From assembly GCA_013265495.1 (NCBI GenBank), contig MU058492.1, positions 7,420 through 44,837 of the forward strand: a stretch of 37,418 nt of DNA, given 5' to 3'. The notes beneath the pieces are model-generated. The model was not told where the DNA came from. It saw only the letters and a list, made by a program, of their open reading frames with translations, and made no database searches. This DNA is from Vicugna vicugna (Eukaryota). Of this stretch, positions 30,711 through 37,418 are shown piece after piece; the stretch's first letter is position 1; the number at the start of each line of letters is the position of its first letter. A program made the position numbers and the translations under genes.

Positions 30711-33389
30711 CTCTATGGTGTGAGCCAGCATCTCCACCTTGGTCTCAGCCATGAGAAGGCAGCACGGAGACTGGAGGACTTGTGGCTTCCCGCTTCCTCC
30801 TGAACCAGGGCCCAGCCCATGACAGAGGTAAAACGCCAGCAGAGAGGCAGGTCGGATCCTGCGGAGAGCAGTGATACCTCCGCGGGTGAGGATAAAGCAA
30901 ACAAGCAGGACCCGCCGACTGGGAGATAACGTCTGAGAGGTGATGGAGTGCTGATTGCTTCTGCAGCTGCGGGGCTGCATCTGGGGCCCGGTGCTGACGT
31001 GGGCTCCGCCTCCGGATCCACATTGTCACCGGTTGTTGGAAAAACAGACGTTATTGTCCTCTGTTCCCGTCCCTTTGTCCCTAATAAGCACTTAAGTGCG
31101 GGTAGGGGTTGGGGGAACGGAGAAACCAAGACAGAACAGTGTGTCTATTTCAGTCTCTTTCCGGAAGGTTGCTCTTCTGTGGGACTTGGGGTTTGGGATA
31201 GAATGGGAGCAGGGAAGGATCTCCTCCCTTGGCCCGCGTGTTCCTGGGCCAGCCTTGGGGAAGAGCTGCCCTGGTGGTCCCTCGTCCAGGCCAGTGGGTG
31301 CTGAGTACTGGTTCTGGGAGCAGGTGGCTTCCTTCTCTCCTAGGTCCACCCCCCGGACTGGACCCCAAGCTGATATTAGAAGGGATGATGGGGACCTCTG
31401 GCCTTCTGGCTTGACTCCCGGAATTTGGGAGTTTGACTGATGTCAAGGGCTAATGAGATCAAAGTCTTAGGTTCCATTTTTGTTTGGAATTCATTCATTC
31501 ATTCACTCATTCATGCAATGATCTGCTGCTGAGCACATTCTGAAAGGCTGAACCCTGCGCTTGACAGCTTCACGCTGGTTTGCAGGTGAAAACTTTTCAT
31601 GAGAAGAACGGTACATCCTCTTACATCAGGTCCCCGTGGCCATGAGTTAATGGGAGCTCAGAGGCTCTCCGGCACCTGAATAGCCCTGCAGCAACCTGCC
31701 TGGTGCCTCAGGTTCCATCAGCAGTCAGTCCTGTGAATGAAGGCATTGTGTTTCTCACAGGCCCTTGCTGAAATACAGGTGCATAACAGGAGGGCTTGCA
31801 GAGGGGAAAACATCTGCCCGTCACCACTGCAGACAGAAGATGGGGCCCAAAAGGAGTGCTATGCAAGATGGATAAGTCTTTTTTTTCCCAGCACTGGGTA
31901 AATGTTTATTGAATGTCAATTAAATTATTAAAGCCTGACCACTACCACTGCTTCCTTCGCTTGCCTGCATTTCTCGCTAAGTGATTCTTCACTCTGTTGT
32001 GACCTCCCCCTTCAAGATGGATAAGTTTTGATGGGAGAGAGATAAGAAATGTCCAGCCCATGGGCTGCTGCCCTGGGAGGGAGGGCCTGAACGGCTGGAT
32101 GAGAGAGTTAGGGATGTGGTGGTGGGAGGGCAGTTCTGAGAGGGACCCGGTTCCAGGCATCACTGGATGCCCCACTCTGCTTGAGATGGACAGTGTGAGA
32201 TGAACGGGCTGTCCCGGACCTCCTGCCCCCGTCTGGAGTAGAGGGAAAACTTAATGCTCTGCTGACCCTCAAACTCTGGAGGCTTAGAGACACGGCTGCC
32301 TCTGTCCCCATATGCCTCCCCCATGTCTCAGTGGGGTAAAAGGGGCGGAGACGCGGTGGATGGCGGCCTCAGCATCTCATCCATCTCCTGCACCCCTGCC
32401 GCCTTACCTCGACCACACCCTGCTCTATGCCTGTCTCCTCCCCTAGCGGGGGCCGAGGGGCTCATTACAGGGGAGCTCAGGCTCCCATCCGGGGGCGACC
32501 CAGGGGCACCCGACAACTCTGATGAAAGAAGAGAGAACCTAATTGAGTGGAGGTAGGGGGATTCCCTGTCTGCCATCCCCGCCTCTACCTGGTGGTGTTA
32601 GGGAGCTAAGTAACGGGGAAGGTTCCCACCAGGCAGAGATGCCCTTTGTAGCCTCTTACTGCTTAATATTCAGAACCTATCTCACCTCCCTGTAGCAGAA
32701 CTTCTGAAAAAGTCACATAATAAAGCGCATTAGAATTCGTCTGAAATGGTTTCCATAAAGACAGTTGTTATTGCCTGGTGATGATTCTAGGTGAGCGCAC
32801 AGGCTTCCTGAGTACCAGGGCCGAGGGAGGGATTCCCGCTCCCCCTGTGGCCCCCACCACGTTGTCCTGCTCTAGGAGGCACTCAGGAAGGGTCTGCTGA
32901 ATGTTCCCTAAAGCCCTCCCGCTCTCCCCTCCTCACTCCGTCCCTGCCAGCAACCTGCCTGCCACGTCAGCGTGAATACACCATCTGACAGCTTGCCCTG
33001 CGCTCCCCAGTGACAAGGGGTCAGAGGAGGAACTCTGTCCAGGAGAAAATGGAAGGAAACTGGCCAGAGCCCTCAAAGGCGTGCTTACCTCTGGTCACCC
33101 CTTCCTCCCTCCATTCACTCTTCTGCCCACACCCCTACTCTCACCACCCCTGCTCCCATGCTCGGATCTGGTTTTGCAAAAGCAGTGCTCTCTAGAGCAA
33201 AGGGTTTTGCCCTAAGGATGGCACGCAAGGACTTAGGATGGAGAGGACCCCTGAGAAGTAGGAAAAGCATCTCCTTGCCCCAAGCAGGGACTCCTGATCC
33301 ACCAGGCCCAAAGGCAGTGATGACGCCTCAGTCATGTCCCAGGTCTGGGACCTGGGCTGGGCAGATGGGTCTTCTCAAAGCATGTTCTC

Positions 33390-33590
33390 GATGAATATAC
33401 AACGTTTCAAAACTAATCTATGGTGTCATAAGTCAGGGGAGTGGTTGCCCCTTATTGGGAGGGGGTGGGTTAGAGGGGGGCTTCATGGCCCAGATTCCAT
33501 GGGTGCGTTCGCTTTGGGAAAATTCATTGAATGATACAGACCCTTAAAATTTGTGACTTCTTCTGAATGTACATTACACTTTAAGTACCA
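33390..33590 (+). mobile_element. Old L1 (L1ME-like) 3' end
   Basis: AAAACTAATCTATGGTG...AAGTCAGG...GTGGTTGCCC...TTTGGGAAAATTCATTGA...ATGTACATTACACTTTAA. Confidence 0.7.
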
Positions 33591-34159
33591 TCAAAAGCCC
33601 TTTGTCAAGTAGAGGTCGTTAACACATCCATAATTATATCACTGAAATGAAAATAACCTCTGCTAGGGTGGGGGGGAGCAGGTAATAGAAAGCAGCGGAT
33701 AACCCACAGGTGTTTTTGACTTGGACTTAGAATGAGTGCGTTACACACAACATGCACTTGTTTGCAAAGGACTTACTTCTGTAAGTGTGCGTGCTCTTGC
33801 TGGTATTAAAATTTATTGGCAATTTCTGAACACATACTACTCAGCCTTTGGGGGTGAGACGGTCCAGAAACCTTCCGGGTGGCAGCGAAGTCAGATGAAG
33901 GTGGGATTTAGACCTTGACATGGTGGTCTCCTCCCTGCACCTGGGGGCCCTTCCCTCAGTGGTGGATGTGGTCACTGTTCAGGTCACTGCAATACACATT
34001 TCTCTCCTGCTTGGATGGGTACCAAACTCAGGTCTTGGTATGAAGGATCGGAAAAAACTGTCCGTTGGAGGAAGGCCTGAGAGCCCTATCCCAGCTCGGT
34101 GACTGGTTGGACGGTGTTTGCAGCAAGCACCCGCCTCCCCGGGACACGTCTGCTTTGCA

Positions 34160-34650
34160 TTGTGCCTTCGCCCCACTCCTGTTGTCAAGAGGCAGAGTCT
34201 CCTTTCCAACCCTTTGAATCTGGGTTGGTCTTCGACTTACTTTGACCAATAGCATACGATAGAAGTCATGCTGTGCGACTTCTCAGCCCAGGCCTTCCTT
34301 AACGGGCCTGGCCGCTGCTCTCCTCCACTTGGGACGGTCCTAAGACCGCCAGGTGAAGGAGTCCGGTCCAGCCTCCGGATGGGTGGGAAGCCCCACGAAG
34401 CAGAGATGAGCCATCCCAGCTGGGCTCCCCAGACCACCCTGCCGACAGCCAGCACCCACCACCGGACATGTTCGTGAGGCCAGTTTTAGACCCTCTGGAC
34501 ATCCCAGCCAGCAGCTGACGGCACACAAATGACCCAGGAAAGACTGGCTCAGGCTGTCCACCCACAGAATCACAAGCAAACACCTTAGCTGTTGCTCTAG
34601 GCCGCTATGTTTTCGGGTGGTTTGTCACATAGCAGTTCATAACAGATGCT
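34160..34650 (+). mobile_element. MLT1-type (ERVL-MaLR) LTR
   Basis: CCTTTGAATCTGGG...ACTTACTTTGACCAATAG...GAAGTCATGCTGTGCGACTTC...GGGTGGTTTGTCACATAGCA...ATAACAGA. Confidence 0.78.
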
Positions 34651-35080
34651 GGCCCGAGCCCCCAATGGCCAATGGCAGCTTTCCAGGGGACAGCACTGTG
34701 CCCTCAAATGCGCTTCCATAAGCCCCAGAAGCAACTTTTTGCCCAAGATTTGTTTCTTCATGCAGCCCCACCAGCTCCCAGGGCAGACGTGGTGGTGCCC
34801 ATTGCTCTTTATTAGTTTAATGTATGCTGAAGCCTCCATAGATGCTGGGGCCCAAGTGGAGCAGATGACAGGTGACTAAGTTCCGGGGGATGACTGGTAA
34901 TGAGTAGGGACTGGAAAATCAGTTGTGTTAATTCCTGGTCTGTCACTGGGACCGAGAATTAATGAGAAAATCTGTCTAACTTAATGATATTTACACGTTA
35001 TACAGAGTGTGATAAAATTGTCCTCAGGTGCTGCCTGGCATTCCCCGTTATATAAGGCATGCACCGCCTCAGGGGCCGGC

Positions 35081-35357
35081 TGGTCTGAGCTGTCCAGGAC
35101 CTGGGCCGGGCTTCGGGAGACTTACTGAGATCCCCCACCTAGCACCCTAACCTCTGGATAGGTCCCAGGCCCCGACGGGGGTCTCACTGGCATCGCTGCC
35201 CTGCCCAGCGTGGGCCGTCCAACTGGCAGTGCCTCAGGGATGTGCTGGAGGGCACAATTATGGGCCTGCTTCGAGGATGACCGCTCCAGAAGCCATGCGG
35301 GCAGTTGGGCAGTGGCCAGGGACGGGTTCAGTCTTGCGTGTTGGCATGATTTGAAAG
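35081..35357 (+). repeat. 277-bp direct repeat, copy 1
   Basis: Identical to 36802-37078 except at two positions (35115 and 35217). Confidence 0.97.
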
Positions 35358-35619
35358 ACACAGATGGTCCTCTTGACCCCGGGGCCCCTTCCCCCAGGGA
35401 AGGTCAGCGCCAGCCCGCCCAGGACCACACACTCTGACTAGTCGCCATTGGAAGGTGCCTTGGAAAGCCCCGTGGGAACTGATGGAAGCGTCTGCCTCGG
35501 GGCCTGAGTGCTTCCTTCCCTGAAAGTCTGTGGGCCAGGGCTTGTGCTGTACGGCTACCAGCGAGGCGCCCCCGAGAACCCCCAGCCCCTGGTGTTCACA
35601 CCCTTGCCTGGTCTTTCAT

Positions 35620-36027
35620 ACTGAAAAGGGCTGATCTGAGGGTCCAATAAGATATTACAGTAATTACGGTGACTTCTGAGGCCAGTTCATATACATATAA
35701 AAAGGCAGCTCCTGCCTTGTCCTCTCTCCTATCGCTCACTCTGGGGAGGCCACCACCACGCGGGGCGAACTGAGGCCTCCCACCAACAACCAGCAGCCTG
35801 GGAGTGAACCGTCTTGGGAGCGGGTCCTTCCGCCCCAGCCAGGCCTCCAGATGGCCAAAGCCCTGGTCCACATCTTGATTGCAACCTCAAGACAGACCTA
35901 GAGCAAGCTTGCTCCCAAGTTCCTGACCCATACAAACTGGGAGAGAGAATGGATAGAGATGTTTATTATTGCTTTAAGCTGTTGCATTTTGAGGTCATGT
36001 GTTACGCAGCAATGGGCGACTAACACA
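35620..36027 (+). mobile_element. MLT1-type (ERVL-MaLR) LTR
   Basis: GTGACTTCTGAGGC...ACATCTTGATTGCAACCTCA...TTCCTGACCCA...TTGCTTTAAGCTG...TTTTGAGGT...TGTTACGCAGCAAT...CTAACACA. Confidence 0.78.
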
Positions 36028-36801
36028 GATGCGGAGGGAGATGGGAAGGCAGGGCCAGGGGTGCCATCTCACGCAGGCTGTGGAGCTGATGGCAGACTTC
36101 CCGGGTCTCTTCCCTTCACGTCCACCCTGATTTTCACACAGGTGAAATCTACTTCTGTGTCTTGCTGCTTCCCAAACACGCCCTGCCTTCCCCACCCCTG
36201 TGCCTGAATGTGCTGCTTTCTCGATGACTTAAGGCTGGGGTCGGGGGCTCAGCCCTTCCCACCAGCAGAGCTGGCAGCCGGCGGGCTTTGTAATACAGAG
36301 ATCTCAGCGCTGCTCCTGGGAGAGGCTCTGCAGAGCGTGGGGAGCCCTGCAGATGTTAATCCTTCCCCTCTTTAATCTTCCTCCTGCCTTCTATGGTTCA
36401 CAGGTTTCCACATGCACTGCAGTATCAAAAGATCAGCCCTACAACCAGACATGGCGAGCTGCCCTCCTCTGCTCCAGCAGGGATGAAGTTCAGCCGAGTA
36501 GGAGACCGCAGAACCTCCGGTTGCCTTCTGGGAGCTGGAGGGGCCCCTGGATGGGCTGGGAGCGGGGGGGGGGTGCCGAGTGACCCCTGGAGCGGCTGAG
36601 GCAGTGCGGCTAGCGGTCTGGAACAGGGGTCTTCGAAGCGCCTGGGAGCAAATCTCGGCTCTTTCACATCCTGCCCTGGGACCTCTGACAAATGACTTCT
36701 TTCTCTGGGACTTGATTTTGCTGGGCGCTCAATGGCAGGAGTGGCCAGCAGTAGGACCAGAGTCCGCTGGTGACCCCTCCCCAGCCTCAGCCCCGCTCAG
36801 A

Positions 36802-37078
36802 TGGTCTGAGCTGTCCAGGACCTGGGCCGGGCTTCAGGAGACTTACTGAGATCCCCCACCTAGCACCCTAACCTCTGGATAGGTCCCAGGCCCCGACGGG
36901 GGTCTCACTGGCATCGCTGCCCTGCCCAGCGTGGGCCATCCAACTGGCAGTGCCTCAGGGATGTGCTGGAGGGCACAATTATGGGCCTGCTTCGAGGATG
37001 ACCGCTCCAGAAGCCATGCGGGCAGTTGGGCAGTGGCCAGGGACGGGTTCAGTCTTGCGTGTTGGCATGATTTGAAAG
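36802..37078 (+). repeat. 277-bp direct repeat, copy 2
   Basis: Offset 1721 bp from copy 1. Differs at 36836 and 36938 (A where copy 1 has the G of a CpG). Confidence 0.97.
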
Positions 37079-37418
37079 GCCGCCACTCACCTGCCCTCCA
37101 GGTTTGGATGAAGGGAAGGGACTCTGGAGGGCTGCCCTTTGGGCAGGGAAAACATGAGCGAGGAAGGGCAGGGATCAGGTAAAGGGTGTGATGGGGAAAC
37201 ATAAACACAGGGGCCTCCCAAGTGACGCCCCTTCCCCTGACCCCGGGAAGCTCTGGGGGCGGCAGGAGAGAAGGGCTAGTGTTAGGAAGTCACCAGTGTT
37301 GGGATAAGCAGACCCGAAACTTACAGACACACACCAATAGCCAGCCCCGCACCCCTTCCACTCACACAGCTCAAGCTCTGCCCTCCTCCCCGCCATGCGG
37401 TTGCATGTGGATCCTTCC

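Overview
Mammalian (non-microbial) genomic DNA. Two tRNA-derived SINEs resemble the camelid Vic-1 family, so the source is probably a camel, alpaca or llama. I find no intact protein-coding gene. The window holds (i) the last 11 exons (1377-12973, + strand, introns retained) of a DISP3/PTCHD2 copy, disabled by nonsense codons, frameshifts, deletions and splice-site decay, and (ii) about 7 kb downstream, a frameshifted UBIAD1 terminal coding exon plus probable 3'UTR (19897-~22250) with no recognisable exon 1. As I recall it, the human order is UBIAD1 then DISP3, so this layout looks like a duplication or rearrangement junction. The DISP3 last exon, a MIR beside it and the UBIAD1 exon show a strong A/T-to-G/C substitution bias, as expected from GC-biased gene conversion. 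Other notable items are an antisense solo-LTR-like element with a 23-bp-periodic CCAAT array, a 277-bp 99%-identical dispersed duplicate with a circularly permuted junction, and several CTCF motifs. The remainder is ordinary MIR/L2/L1/L3/MLT1 repeat and intergenic DNA. Protein comparisons use human DISP3 and UBIAD1 sequences recalled from memory; no database search was run. I see no evidence of a novel multi-gene system. The interest lies in the evolutionary and structural events.
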